The position numbers and the translations under genes are program-made. From assembly GCA_051294375.1 (NCBI GenBank), contig CM119263.1, positions 19,744,115 through 19,808,114 of the forward strand: a DNA stretch of 64,000 nucleotides, read 5' to 3'. The stretch is from Paraspadella gotoi. Taxonomy: Eukaryota > Animalia > Chaetognatha. Each line of letters starts with the position of its first letter. Position 1 is the first letter of the stretch. Below the pieces are notes generated by a model, which saw nothing but the letters and a program-made list of their open reading frames with translations, was not told where the DNA came from and searched no databases. Shown in pieces: positions 40,491-56,313 of the stretch.

Positions 40491-42855
40491 GAGTGCTGGA
40501 CTGCTGCGGCCGCTGCTGCAGGACACAGACCGCAGCATTCAGCAGACGGCGGTGCTGGCGCTCGGTCGTCTCGCCAACCACTCGTCCAAAGTCGCTGACG
40601 ACATTGTTGGCAAGCAAACTCTTCAAAAGCTCATTCACTCCATTGCGGAAGAGAACCGCTTCTATAAAAAGGTCCGGGCAAGGACAAATTTTTCTCACTG
40701 TCGTCGTCTTCGTCGTCGTCGTTCTTTGTAATTTGTGTTTTAAATTTTCCCCGACAATGAAGTTTGAAGCGCGACATGCTGGTTTGGATTTCAAAAATTG
40801 CTGTCATAAAAAAAATTAAAAAAAAGGATCGTTTGACTCCATTCTCTAAGGTGGCCTGCTTCGTAATTCGCGCCGTGGCCAAGCATTCCCCAGAGATGGC
40901 GATGGCCGTAGTAGAATGCGGCGGGATAGACGCCCTCGTCATCTGTCTGGAAGAGTTCGATCCAGCGTGAAGGAGGCGGCAGCGTGGGCGCTGAGCTACG
41001 TGGCGCGACACAACGCCGAGCTTGCGCAATACGTCACGGACGCCGGCGCCGTGCCTCTTCTTCTCCTCTGCGTTCAGGAACCGGAAGTGGCGTTGAAGAG
41101 CGTCGCCGCCTCAGCGATCGCCGACGTGGCCAAACACTCCAAGGACTTGGCTCAGACGGTCGTCGACGCTGGTGCATTTCCGTGGTCTCGAAGGCGCGTC
41201 TTTTTATGTTTTGGGGCGTTGGAGTCCTGGTTGACGAAATAAATGGTTTAAAAACTGAGAAACGGGGAAGACCTTGGGTACGTCCCGTCATTTACAAGCC
41301 CCCTATGTGTCGGACAGATGATCAAGTTGCAAGATGCCGTCCTGAAGCGTCAGATCTTCGCGGTGCTGAGTCAAATCGCCAAGCACTCTGTGGATCTCGC
41401 CGAGTTGGTCCTCGAAAGCGAAGTATACCCGGACTGCCTCGTCTCTCTCAAAGACCCCGACGACACTGTCAAAAAGAATTGCGCGACTCTGGCAAGGTCG
41501 TTTTCGACACCATTGTCGATGTTGTTTATTTGTGCTTATTATCTCCTCATCGTTTCCAGGGAAATCTCAAAGCACACCCCAGAAATGGCGCAGCTGTTGA
41601 TCAACGCAGGTGGGGTCGGCGCCGTCGTCGAGTACCTCGCCGACTCCAAGGGGCGAGTGCGGCTTCCGGGGATCATGACTCTTGGTTACGTGGCCGCGCA
41701 CTCAGAAAACCTAGCCATGGCCGTCATTGTGTCCAAGGGCGTTGTGCAACTCGCCGTTTGTTTGGGTCAGATTTTAACTTTTGTTTTCCCGAAGATTTGA
41801 TGATTTGATTTAATGATAATGCGGCAAATATATCGTTCCTTCACAGAAGAAGATAAAGAAAACTACGTTCTTGCGGCCACGGTTTGGGCTTTGGGCCAAA
41901 TCGGTCGTCACACCCCTGAACACGCCAAATCCATCGCCATCGCCAACGTTTTCCCGAAAATGCTCGATTGTTACGTTAAGAAAGGCGAGTAATGACAGAA
42001 AAGGCGAATTAGGGAATTGTGGCGGTATATTCACACCGCCTCACGTCCACCATCCTTCAGCCCAATCCATTGGCTCAGAGACGGAAACACGCCATCCCAG
42101 GCGTAGTGTTCCATCCACAGTCCAAACGACTTCCCTCTGCGTTGGCAAAGGGTAACCGTGCCAGTGACTGGAGGGCCGGAGGCGTCAATGAGGGTCGAAG
42201 CCCCCAAAGCAATAGTGAGATCCCCCATCCCAATGGGCATCACAGGCAACCCGGCTGTTGCGATAAAATAAGATATTAAGAAGCCTTTTTTTCGCATGCA
42301 CGAGCTACTAATTTTTTGGGATTGTAGTTTACCTTCAACCGCCATACAGACGCCTCCGAAGAGTTACGGAAAAAAGCAAGTCACGGTCTTCAAAACGTCC
42401 TACAGAAGTGCGTCAACCTCGAAGCTCTCGAACCCCTACTGTATTCGGCTCCGCCCGAGATTCTCAAATATGTCGTCGGACAATACTCGAAGGTCATAGA
42501 TGAGATCTATGAGAAACTACGTATTTTAAGAGAATAAGATTAAATATCTCTTATACTGGGATATTAATGATAATTTACCAAATTAATTATTAATATACTT
42601 TTTTAGTCTATTAATTTAAATTTTATTATTTTTTCGATGTTCCTTCCCCGGAAGATTCTACCCAATGACCCAAAGTCTCGTCGTCTCTTCGTAACTTCCG
42701 GGGGATTGAAGCGGCTTCAAGAAATTCAGTGCGAACCGGGATCTGCCACCGAGGAGTACATAGCCTCGATCAACGGCTGCTATCCGGACGAGATAGTCAA
42801 GTACTACACCCCGGGATACTCGGAGATGCTCCTCGAAAAACTCGACCAACATTAG
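40491..42855 (+). CDS. SPAG6: SPAG6 copy 2, 5'-truncated (probable assembly duplicate)
   Basis: Starts at the same base as copy 1, immediately after an N-gap. Confidence 0.6.
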
Positions 42856-45800
42856 GGGATAAAAAAGATTTCTAAAGACGGTCGCGGAAATGCTGGAAAG
42901 TTCATGGAAAGTTCATGGAAAAATGCTGCTTCTGATCGTAACTTTATTAGCCGGAAAAATGAAAAAATCGGTTTAAACAAAAAATTGTTTCAATCGACGT
43001 ATAAATATAATAACTTAATAAAGTTAAATACAAGCAAAGTTTATGAAATTGTAATTCCTCGACTCGGCATTACTACTTAGTCCAAGAAATAAAACCGATT
43101 AACATCCGTGACAGTCGTACTTTATTTGTCTTTTCGGAATTTCAAAGTCAAACTTATTAAGCAAAACATTCAGCTCGAACGTCAACCGACGACGTTCAGT
43201 TTACGCCCGCGACGTATTTCATCCCGAAGGATCGCTAAAACCGAGAGTAGAGTCACCTAATTGCCTTGAAAAATTCGTTACGAAACATTCCGAGTCCGAA
43301 AAAAATCGTTTGTTCTCGATGATGAAATCAAAGTATAACTCTGATTAAATAATGACAAATAAACATAAAATTTCTTACCAGAATATAGGCGTATAGATTA
43401 AAAAAATATTCTTTCCAGTTTCGGTCGTTTTAAATTTTGAAAAAAAATGTTCTATTATAAAATTGAAATTAAAAAAAAAAGTTTTTCCTTTCAATTTCGA
43501 CACGGACGACGATGAAGACGACCGACAATCAACCTCAAGTTTCGAGGGGATCGTCCACAGGGACGACGACGACGACGACGGCAACGATGAAAATCAACCT
43601 GTTTGAAAACTCCCATCCCACGACTTCGTAAGGACGACGGTCGATGACGACATCGTCGACCACAACGAAGGAGACGACGAAAACGACGATATCAGTGATG
43701 ATCATTTAGTAAACAGTATTTCATTTTTCCTCTCACAAACTCATTTCTGACTCTTTTCAAGAAATTTTCAGGAAGAGACGGACAAGAGATATGAATAGGA
43801 ATAATCTTTCAAATATGCTATGTCATTATCTTGTCTATGTCATTATCTTGTAAGAGTGATGGAGGCCTTAAACCACCAAATGTCAGTGGCAAGTTAGCTT
43901 ATTTATTAAATGAATGGATAATTTTTATATTGGTTGTACCAATTTCATAAAGCCAATTAGAATTTTAGTCTTCTGGCTTTCACGGTCTCTTTTTCTACTC
44001 CGTGACGTACCATCTTGGAAAATGAATAAGTCGTCGAAGCCTTTTCTAGTTTTAATAACTTTTACATCTTTTAATTTAAAGATCGAAAAAAATAAAAAAT
44101 AACAGTTAAGTATATGAATTTTCTCTGCATAAATAATTAAATATTAAATAAATATTTATTAATATAGCATAGCTTAATACTAAAATAAAATGATGCATAG
44201 ATTCAAACCCCAGAGGTTATATTAAGTATAAGTATGATAATATATACAAAAAAATTCATATGTGATAAATAAACAAATAAATATTGCCAGAAATTTTTTA
44301 AATATATCAGTTTCCCACCAAGCGATTTTGATATTAAAGGATTCAATGTTAGTTCCAAGTTTTGGGGTAGATTCCTCCATAAATTTTTAAATTTGTCAGA
44401 ACGTTTTCTCTTTTTTTTCCATATTTTTTTACACGCTAAACGTTTCTCTGATTACGCAAATTTCATGAAAAAAATAAAAAAATAATAGTACCAATAGTTA
44501 GTGTTATGTCTCGAATAGATGGAAAAAAAACCTCGTTTAAAATTCGATCGGGAAGTGGGGTAACTAAGGCTTACCAATGGCATCCTCCACGCCAATCGTT
44601 CTCTCAAATAATTTTTTTTATTTAATACATTTGAAAGGGAAAAAAAAATTCAGAATGCAGGTTGCAGAAAGGGTACAGATAATATGGACATACTGACATG
44701 ATAATCATGACCTTTTATGTCTTGTGAAAGGGGGCAGTAAAAGAACCTAAAAAATTCGATCATTAAGTCAGTCAATGAACCCTTTCCAATGGGCTATTCG
44801 CGAAATTTTTTTTCTTAATTTAAACGGATGATAAGTAATAGAATTAAATTCCTTGTATAAAGGTTGTTATATTTAAAGAAAATTATCAATACAAATAAAC
44901 ACAATGATGTCTTGCTTTGTCAAATATGTCACCAGCTATGAATTTTTTAAATTTTATTATGATAACAAGCAGCGTGTCAAGCTTTTTGTTTGCAGTTGAA
45001 GATAATGGAAAATGACAATTTTTTTTTCACAGACAAGAAGGTAGATGTCCAGACTGTTTATATCAATCTGAAAATATTTTTGTATTTATCATTTTCATAT
45101 TTAAAAAAACATTTTATCCAGCTACTTCATAAATTTTTGCTTGTTTTTTACTTAACTAAAAAATACAAGCAATTTATAGAGTAGAGCAAATTTAATGGTA
45201 ATCAAAATGTAATTTAGTCTTTCCTTTTTCAAATTACAAAAGAAGCAAAAAAATTTCACATGTCTCATTGAAATTTTTAATGCAAAAAACTGTTATACTT
45301 TTAACTCCGATTTAAATAAAAGCTGTGAAAGATTATGGAAAAATTTAATAAAACTATTTCGGAGAGGTGTCCCATGATTAGGGCTTTAATTTAATACCTC
45401 ACCCACTTTCTACCTCTTTTCTTTCCAAAGTTATTCAAGAAAATAACTTTTTTACCGTGAGAGAACTAAGGATTTAAACTACGCAGTACAAATCTTTGTT
45501 AAATAAAAATTTCGGCAAAGCGGGAGTATCTCAATTTATCCTATTGGTACAATACCTAAATTTAAAATAAAACTTAAAGAAAAATTTCGTCCTCTAGAGA
45601 CATGTCACTTTCAGGTTTACCTATCGTCTTACACATTTATGGATTATGCTGGAAGAAATCAGCAAACGTTTTCTCTTTTTTTAAATAGTTTGTACTAGCG
45701 CGTCAGAAATCTAAGAAGAAACTCGAAAATTTTATTCTGACAAATTTTGCTTTCAAGGCTGACGTTTATGACTATATCTCGGAAACCATTGTAGGAATTT

Positions 45801-46743
45801 AAAAACTGTTTTTTGCAAGTGAACATTGATATCATCTCCAGCGACTCGGCATAAAAATATATCAAAATAAATAAACTAATATTAGTTCCAGTGAGTTCTA
45901 TTGGGACTTATTTATTTTCCAAGATGGCATTCAAATTAAAATTCAATCTTTTCTACCTCAAAATGTTTATTAAAATGATCACAGTTGGATATATGAATCA
46001 AATGATACGAGATTAAATGACATGAAACTATTTATAAAACTGCACGTGCCATTTGTTTTCGAAATCGATTCCTTCTTAACGATCTGCTTTTACGATCCAC
46101 CATTTTTCTCCCACATCGGTCAATCATCAATGATCTTCCCCGTCAGAGGGCACCGCTTAGGCTCCTGCCACTCTTTGCGCTTCCACAAGGCGAACCTCCG
46201 TCCGTCAGTCATGTCGACAACGACCGGATCACCGACCACTTCGGCGTACTGGGAGATTGGGGGGGGGGTTTGAGGGGAAGGAGAAGAATGTTAGGGGGGG
46301 GGAGAGGGCGGGAAAAGGAGCTTCAATTAGCGATGCAAGAGGAGCTCTAAAATTAGTATAATCGACGTTATTTGCACTTGGCCGTCAGAAAACCCCGAAT
46401 CCCTGGGACGAGGTGAGATGAGAGGAGGTGAATGCGAGAGTAAGAGAGAGAAGACTCGCGTTCGTCTGTGGTCTTTCTTGGCTTGAGGCCATCTGTCATC
46501 TCAGCCACTTGAATAATGGTCCTATCTCAAACTGTGAGTAATCAGAGTTAAACACATCAACGATAAGGGCGGCGACTTCAGTGCCATCTTCGCCGCAAAT
46601 TATCATTTACTCCAGCGCCACCTTGGGCGGAGTTATCTCCTCCGCCTCGTCCTCGTCGCTCTCCACTTCCTTCGTCACCACCTCGTCCGGGAAAATAGGA
46701 AGGAGGAATCCGCGCTTGGTCAGGTTCGTCTCCATGTTGGCGC

Positions 46744-46830
<87 letters not shown>

Positions 46831-47341
46831 TTAGTTGTTTTCCCATCGCGTCTGCACATAAACATAAAACAAACAGCGAATAGAAAAAAAAAAGTTTCAG
46901 GCGATAATTTGGCGATAAATAGGAATTTGTGTGCAGAGTTCGAGTTGGAGCAAAAAAAATAATGAAAAAAAAAAGAAAAAAAAGATAAATGAGGAATGGA
47001 CGAATATTTCTGCCGAGAGTTTTTATATACTGCTGTTTCGGAAAGACTGAATGAGCGACTGCAGCTAATAAATTAAAAAAAAAAAAAAAAAACTTTTTTT
47101 TTTTTTTTTAATTTATTAGCTGCAGTCGCTCATTCAGTCTTTCCGAAACAGCAGTATAAAACTCGAAGGTTGCTGATTTATTCTCGGCAGAAATATTCGT
47201 CCATTCCTCATTTATCTTTTTTTCTTTTTTTCATTTATTTTTTTGCTCCAACTCGAACTCTGCACACAAATTCCTATTTATCGCCAAATTATCGCCTGAA
47301 ACTTTTTTTTTTCTATNNNNNNNNNNNNNNNNNNNNNNNNN

Positions 47342-49706
47342 GAGTGCTGGACGTTGCTGCGGCCGCTGCTGCAGGACACAGACCGCAGCATTCAGCAGAC
47401 GGCGGTGCTGGCGCTCGGTCGTCTCGCCAACCACTCGTCCAAAGTCGCTGACGACATTGTTGGCAAGCAAACTCTTCAAAAGCTCATTCACTCCATTGCG
47501 GAAGAGAACCGCTTCTATAAAAAGGTCCGGGCAAGGACAAATTTTTCTCACTGTCGTCGTCTTCGTCGTCGTCGTTCTTTGTAATTTGTGTTTTAAATTT
47601 TCCCCGACAATGAAGTTTGAAGCGCGACATGCTGGTTTGGATTTCAAAAATTGCTGTCATAAAAAAAATTAAAAAAAAGGATCGTTTGACTCCATTCTCT
47701 AAGGTGGCCTGCTTCGTAATTCGCGCCGTGCCAAGCATTCCCCAGAGATGGCGATGGCCGTAGTAGAATGCGGCGGGATAGACGCCCTCGTCATCTGTCT
47801 GGAAGAGTTCGATCCAGCGTGAAGGAGGCGGCAGCGTGGGCGCTGAGCTACGTGGCGCGACACAACGCCGAGCTTGCGCAATACGTCACGGACGCCGGCG
47901 CCGTGCCTCTTCTTCTCCTCTGCGTTCAGGAACCGGAAGTGGCGTTGAAGAGCGTCGCCGCCTCAGCGATCGCCGACGTGGCCAAACACTCCAAGGACTT
48001 GGCTCAGACGGTCGTCGACGCTGGTGCCATTTCCGTGGTCTCGAAGGCGCGTCTTTTTATGTTTTGGGGCGTTGGAGTCCTGGTTGACGAAATAAATGGT
48101 TTAAAAACTGAGAAACGGGGAAGACCTTGGGTACGTCCCGTCATTTACAAGCCCCCTATGTGTCGGACAGATGATCAAGTTGCAAGATGCCGTCCTGAAG
48201 CGTCAGATCTTCGCGGTGCTGAGTCAAATCGCCAAGCACTCTGTGGATCTCGCCGAGTTGGTCCTCGAAAGCGAAGTATACCCGGACTGCCTCGTCTCTC
48301 TCAAAGACCCCGACGACACTGTCAAAAAGAATTGCGCGACTCTGGCAAGGTCGTTTTCGACACCATTGTCGATGTTGTTTATTTGTGCTTATTATCTCCT
48401 CATCGTTTCCAGGGAAATCTCAAAGCACACCCCAGAAATGGCGCAGCTGTTGATCAACGCAGGTGGGGTCGGCGCCGTCGTCGAGTACCTCGCCGACTCC
48501 AAGGGGCGAGTGCGGCTTCCGGGGATCATGACTCTTGGTTACGTGGCCGCGCACTCAGAAAACCTAGCCATGGCCGTCATTGTGTCCAAGGGCGTTGTGC
48601 AACTCGCCGTTTGTTTGGGTCAGATTTTAACTTTTGTTTTCCCGAAGATTTGATGATTTGATTTAATGATAATGCGGCAAATATATCGTTCCTTCACAGA
48701 AGAAGATAAAGAAAACTACGTTCTTGCGGCCACGGTTTGGGCTTTGGGCCAAATCGGTCGTCACACCCTGAACACGCCAAATCCATCGCCATCGCCAACG
48801 TTTTCCCGAAAATGCTCGATTGTTACGTTAAGAAAGGCGAGTAATGACAGAAAAGGCGAATTAGGGAATTGTGGCGGTATATTCACACCGCCTCACGTCC
48901 ACCATCCTTCAGCCCAATCCATTGGCTCAGAGACGGAAACACGCCATCCCAGGCGTAGTGTTCCATCCACAGTCCAAACGACTTCCCTCTGCGTTGGCAA
49001 AGGTAACCGTGCCAGTGACTGGAGGGCCGGAGGCGTCAATGAGGGTCGAAGCCCCCAAAGCAATAGTGAGATCCCCCATCCCAATGGGCATCACAGGCAA
49101 CCCGGCTGTTGCGATAAAATAAGATATTAAGAAGCCTTTTTTTCGCATGCACGAGCTACTAATTTTTTGGGATTGTAGTTTACCTTCAACCGCCATACAG
49201 ACGCCTCCGAAGAGTTACGGAAAAAAGCAAGTCACGGTCTTCAAAACGTCCTACAGAAGTGCGTCAACCTCGAAGCTCTCGAACCCCTACTGTATTCGGC
49301 TCCGCCCGAGATTCTCAAATATGTCGTCGGACAATACTCGAAGGTCATAGATGAGATCTATGAGAAACTACGTATTTTAAGAGAATAAGATTAAATATCT
49401 CTTATACTGGGATATTAATGATAATTTACCAAATTAATTATTAATATACTTTTTTAGTCTATTAATTTAAATTTTATTATTTTTTCGATGTTCCTTCCCC
49501 GGAAGATTCTACCCAATGACCCAAAGTCTCGTCGTCTCTTCGTAACTTCCGGGGGATTGAAGCGGCTTCAAGAAATTCAGTGCGAACCGGGATCTGCCAC
49601 CGAGGAGTACATAGCCTCGATCAACGGCTGCTATCCGGACGAGATAGTCAAGTACTACACCCCGGGATACTCGGAGATGCTCCTCGAAAAACTCGACCAA
49701 CATTAG
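47342..49706 (+). CDS. SPAG6: SPAG6 copy 3, 5'-truncated (probable assembly duplicate)
   Basis: Starts at the same base as copies 1 and 2, immediately after an N-gap. Confidence 0.6.
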
Positions 49707-52700
49707 GGGATAAAAAAGATTTCTAAAGACGGTCGCGGAAATGCTGGAAAGTTCATGGAAAGTTCATGGAAAAATGCTGCTTCTGATCGTAACTTTATTA
49801 GCCGGAAAAATGAAAAAATCGGTTTTACAACAAAAATTGTTTCAATCGACGTATAAAGTTTATAATAAACTTAATAAAGTTAAATACAAGCAAAGTTTAT
49901 GAAATTGTAATTCCTCGACTCGGCATTACTACTTAGTCCAAGAAATAAAACCGATTAACATCCGTGACAGTCGTACTTTATTTGTCTTTTCGGAATTTCA
50001 AAGTCAAACTTATTAAGCAAAACATTCAGCTCGAACGTCAACCGACGACGTTCAGTTTACGCCCGCGACGTATTTCATCCCGAAGGATCGCTAAAACCGA
50101 GAGTAGAGTCACCTAATTGCCTTGAAAAATTCGTTACGAAACATTCCGAGTCCGAAAAAAATCGTTTGTTCTCGATGATGAAATCAAAGTATAACTCTGA
50201 TTAAATAATGACAAATAAACATAAAATTTCTTACCAGAATATAGGCGTATAGATTAAAAAAATATTCTTTCCAGTTTCGGTCGTTTTAAATTTTGAAAAA
50301 AAATGTTCTATTATAAAATTGAAATAAAAAAAAAAGTTTTTCCTTTCAATTTCGACACGGACGACGATGAAGACGACCGACAATCAACCTCAAGTTTCGA
50401 GGGGATCGTCCACAGGGACGACGACGACGACGACGGCAACGATGAAAATCAACCTGTTTGAAACTCCCATCCCACGACTTCGTAAGGACGACGGTCGATG
50501 ACGACATCGTCGACCACAACGAAGGAGACGACGAAAACGACGATATCAGTGATGATCATTTAGTAAACAGTATTTCATTTTTCCTCTCACAAACTCATTT
50601 CTGACTCTTTTCAAGAAATTTTCAGGAAGAGACGGACAAGAGATATGAATAGGAATAATCTTTCAAATATGCTATGTCATTATCTTGTCTATGTCATTAT
50701 CTTGTAAGAGTGATGGAGGCCTTAAACCACCAAAGTCAGTGGCAAGTTAGCTTATTTATTAATGAATGGATAATTTTTATATTGGTTGTACCAATTTCAT
50801 AAAGCCAATTAGAATTTTAGTCTTCTGGCTTTCACGGTCTCTTTTTCTACTCCGTGACGTACCATCTTGGAAAATGAATAAGTCGTCGAAGCCTTTTCTA
50901 GTTTAATAACTTTTACATCTTTTAATTTAAAGATCGAAAAAAATAAAAAATAACAGATATAAGTTATATGATTTTCTCTGCATAAATAATTAAATATTAA
51001 ATAAATATTTATTAATATAGCATAGCTTAATACTAAATAAAATGATGCATAGATTCAAACCCCAGAGGTTATATTAAGTATAAGTATGATAATATATACA
51101 AAAAATATCATATGTGATAAATAAACAAATAAATATTGCCAGAAATTTTTTAAATATATCAGTTTCCCACCAAGCGATTTTGATATTAAAGGATTCAATG
51201 TTAGTTCCAAGTTTTGGGGTAGATTCCTCCATAAATTTTTAAATTTGTCAGAACGTTTTCTCTTTTTTTTCCATATTTTTTTACACGCTAAACGTTTCTC
51301 TGATTACGCAAATTTCATGAAAAAAATAAAAAAATAATAGTACCAATAGTTAGTGTTATGTCTCGAATAGATGGAAAAAAAACCTCGTTTAAAATTCGAT
51401 CGGGAAGTGGGGTAACTAAGGCTTACCAATGGCATCCTCCACGCCAATCGTTCTCTCAAATAATTTTTTTTATTTAATACATTTGAAAGGGAAAAAAAAA
51501 TTCAGAATGCAGGTTGCAGAAAGGGTACAGATAATATGGACATACTGACATGATAATCATGACCTTTTATGTCTTGTGAAAGGGGGCAGTAAAAGAACCT
51601 AAAAAATTCGATCATTAAGTCAGTCAATGAACCCTTTCCAATGGGCTATTCGCGAAATTTTTTTTCTTAATTTAAACGGATGATAAGTAATAGAATTAAA
51701 TTCCTTGTATAAAGGTTGTTATATTTAAAGAAAATTATCAATACAAATAAACACAATGATGTCTTGCTTTGTCAAATATGTCACCAGCTATGAATTTTTT
51801 AAATTTTATTATGATAACAAGCAGCGTGTCAAGCTTTTTGTTTGCAGTTGAAGATAATGGAAAATGACAATTTTTTTTTCACAGACAAGAAGGTAGATGT
51901 CCAGACTGTTTATATCAATCTGAAAATATTTTTGTATTTATCATTTTCATATTTAAAAAAACATTTTATCCAGCTACTTCATAAATTTTTGCTTGTTTTT
52001 TACTTAACTAAAAAATACAAGCAATTTATAGAGTAGAGCAAATTTAATGGTAATCAAAATGTAATTTAGTCTTTCCTTTTTCAAATTACAAAAGAAGCAA
52101 AAAAATTTCACATGTCTCATTGAAATTTTTAATGCAAAAAACTGTTATACTTTTAACTCCGATTTAAATAAAAGCTGTGAAAGATTATGGAAAAATTTAA
52201 TAAAACTATTTCGGAGAGGTGTCCCATGATTAGGGCTTTAATTTAATACCTCACCCACTTTCTACCTCTTTTCTTTCCAAAGTTATTCAAGAAAATAACT
52301 TTTTTACCGTGAGAGAACTAAGGATTTAAACTACGCAGTACAAATCTTTGTTAAATAAAAATTTCGGCAAAGCGGGAGTATCTCAATTTATCCTATTGGT
52401 ACAATACCTAAATTTAAAATAAAACTTAAAGAAAAATTTCGTCCTCTAGAGACATGTCACTTTCAGGTTTACCTATCGTCTTACACATTTATGGATTATG
52501 CTGGAAGAAATCAGCAAACGTTTTCTCTTTTTTTAAATAGTTTGTACTAGCGCGTCAGAAATCTAAGAAGAAACTCGAAAATTTTATTCTGACAAATTTT
52601 GCTTTCAAGGCTGACGTTTATGACTATATCTCGGAAACCATTGTAGGAATTTAAAAACTGTTTTTTGCAAGTGAACATTGATATCATCTCCAGGACTCGG

Positions 52701-53583
52701 CATAAAAATATATAAAAAAATAAACTAATATTAGTTCGATGAGGTATTATTGGACTTATTATTTTCCAAATGGCATTTCAAATTAAAATTCAATCTTTCT
52801 GCCTCAAAATGTTTATTAAATGATCACAGTTGGATATATGAATCAAATGATACGAGATTAAATGACATGAAACTATTTATAAAACTGCACGTGCCATTTG
52901 TTTTCGAAATCGATTCCTTCTTAACGATCTGCTTTTACGATCCACCATTTTTCTCCCACATCGGTCAATCATCAATGATCTTCCCCGTCAGAGGGCACCG
53001 CTTAGGCTCCTGCCACTCTTTGCGCTTCCACAAGGCGAACCTCCGTCCGTCAGTCATGTCGACAACGACCGGATCACCGACCACTTCGGCGTACTGGGAG
53101 ATTGGGGGGGGGGTTTGAGGGGAAGGAGAAGAATGTTAGGGGGGGGGAGAGGGCGGGAAAAGGAGCTTCAATTAGCGATGCAAGAGGAGCCAAAAAATTA
53201 GAGTATAATCGACGTTATTTGCACTTGGCCGTCAGAAACCCCGAATCCCTGGGACGAGGTGAATGAGAGAGGTGAATGCGAGAGTAAGAGAGAGAAGATC
53301 GCGTTCGTCTGTGGTCTTTCTTGGCTTGAGGCCATCTGTCATCTCAGCCACTTGATAATGTCCTATCTCAAACTGTAGTAATCAGAGTTAAACACATCAA
53401 CGATAAGGGCGGCGACTTCAGTGCCATCTTCGCCCGCAAATTATCATTACTCCAGCGCCACCTTGGGCGGAGTTATCTCCTCCGCCTCGTCCTCGTCGCT
53501 CTCCACTTCCTTCGTCACCACCTCGTCCGGGAAAATAGGAAGGAGGAATCCGCGCTTGGTCAGGTTCGTCTCCATGTTGGCGC

Positions 53584-53670
<87 letters not shown>

Positions 53671-56313
53671 TTAGTGTTTTCCCATCGCGTCTGCACATAA
53701 ACATAAAACAAACAGCAAATAGATCTCTCTCTCTCTCTCTCTCAGGCGCCAACATGGAGACGAACCTGACCAAGCGCGGATTCCTCCTTCCTATTTTCCC
53801 GGACGAGGTGGTGACGAAGGAAGTGGAGAGCGACGAGGACGAGGCGGAGGAGATAACTCCGCCCAAGGTGGCGCTGGAGTAAATGATAATTTGCGGGCAC
53901 TGAAGTCGCCGCCCTTATCGTTGATGTGTTTAACTCTGATTACTCACAGTTTGAGATAGGACCATTATCAAGTGGCTGAGATGACAGATGGCCTCAAGCC
54001 AAGAAAGACNNNNNNNNNNNNNNNNNNNNNNNNNNNNNNNNNNNNNNNNNNNNNNNNNNNNNNNNNNNNNNNNNNNNNNNNNNNNNNNNNNNNNNNNNNN
54101 NNNNNNNNNNNNNNNNNNNNNNNNNNNNNNNNNNNNNNNNNNNNNNNNNNNNNNNNNNNNNNNNNNNNNNNGACTTATTTATTTTCCAAGCTGGCATTCA
54201 AATTAAAATTCAATCTTTTCTACCTCAAAATGTTTATTAAAATGATCACAGTTGGATATATGAATCAAATGATACGAGATTAAATGACATGAAACTATTT
54301 ATAAAACTGCACGTGCCATTTGTTTTCGAAATCGATTCCTTCTTAACGATCTGCTTTTACGATCCACCATTTTTCTCCCACATCGTCATCGGTCAATCAT
54401 CAATGATCTTCCCCGTCAGAGGGCACCGCTTAGGCTCCTGCCACTCTTTGCGCTTCCACAAGGCGAACCTCCGTCCGTCAGTCATGTCGACAACGACCGG
54501 ATCACCGACCACTTCGGCGTACTGGAGATTGGGGGGGGGGTGTTGAGGGGAAGGAGAAGAATGTTAGGGGGGGGAGAGGGCGGGAAAAGGAGCTTCAATT
54601 AGCGATGCAAGAGAGAAGCTCTGAAAAAAAAATTAGAGGGATATAAATCGACGTTATTTGCACTTACCCAAAACTTGGAACTAACATTTGAATCCTTTAA
54701 TATCAAAATCGCTTGGGGGGGAAACTGATATATTTTAAAAAATTTCTGGCAATATTTATTTGTTTATTTATCACAAGATAATTTTTTTGTATATATTATC
54801 ATACTTATACTTAATATAACCTCTGGGGGTTTGAATCTATGCATCATTTTATTTTAGTATTAAGCTATGCTATATTAATAAATATTTATTTAATATTTAA
54901 TTATTTATGCCGAGAAAATCAATCTTAACGTTTTTCTGCTTCAAAATTTTATTTTTAAACAGAATATTTTTATATACCTCTTTTCTTTTATTCTTCATTA
55001 TAGTATTTTTTAATATATAACACTCAAAATAGGCTCATTTGAATCAGAAAAAGCTCATTTTTTATATAAGTATTTTTTTCGATCTTTAAATTAAAAGATG
55101 TAAAAGTTATTAAAACTAGAAAAGGCTTCGACGACTTATTCATTTTCCAAGATGGTACGTCACGGAGTAGAAAAAGAGACCGTGAAAGCCAGAAGACTAA
55201 AATTCTAATTGGCTTTATGAAATTGGTACAACCAATATAAAAATTATCCATTCATTAATAAATAAGCTAACTTGCCACTGAATTTGGTGGTTTAAGGCCT
55301 CCATCACTCTTACAAGATAATGACATAGACAAGATAATGACATAGCATATTTGAAAGATTATTCCTATTCATATCTCTTGTCCGTCTCTTCCTAGAAAAT
55401 TTCTTGAAAAGAGTCAGAAATGAGTTTGTGAGAGAGAAAAATGAAATACTGTTTACTAAATGATCATCACTGATATCGTCGTTTTCGTCGTCTCCTTCGT
55501 TGTGGTCGACGATGTCGTCATCGACCGTCGTCCTTACGAAGTCGTGGGATGGGAGTTTCAAACAGGTTGATTTTCATCGTTGCCGTCGTCGTCGTCGTCG
55601 TCCCTGTGGACGATCCCCTCGAAACTTGAGGTTGATTGTCGGTCGTCTTCATCGTCGTCCGTGTCGAAATTGAAAGGAAAAACTTTTTTTTTTTATTTCA
55701 ATTTTATAATAGAACATTTTTTTTCAAAATTTAAAACGACCGAAACTGGAAAGAATATTTTTTTTAATCTATACGCCTATATTCTGGTAAGAAAATTTTA
55801 TGTTTATTTGTCATTATTTAATCAGAGTTATACTTTGATTTCATCATCGAGAACAAACGATTTTTTTCGGACTCGGAATGTTTCGTAACGAATTTTTCAA
55901 GGCAATTAGGTGACTCTACTCTCGGTTTTAGCGATCCTTCGGGATGAAATACGTCGCGGGCGTAAACTGAACGTCGTCGGTTGACGTTCGAGCTGAATGT
56001 TTTGCTTAATAAGTTTGACTTTGAAATTCCGAAAAGACAAATAAAGTACGACTGTCACGGATGTTAATCGGTTTTATTTCTTGGACTAAGTAGTAATGCC
56101 GAGTCGAGGAATTACAATTTCATAAACTTTGCTTGTATTTAACTTTATTAAGTTTATTATAAACTTTATACGTCGATTGAAACAATTTTTTGTAAAACCG
56201 ATTTTTTCATTTTTCCGGCTAATAAAGTTACGATCAGAAGCAGCATTTTTCCATGAACTTTCCATGAACTTTCCAGCATTTCCGCGACCGTCTTTAGAAA
56301 TCTTTTTTATCCC

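Noticed and set aside
47030-47316. Long near-perfect hairpin as a structured RNA
   Set aside because: It is centred on a poly-A/poly-T junction, ends at an N-gap and matches the other foldback junctions, so it is probably chimeric.
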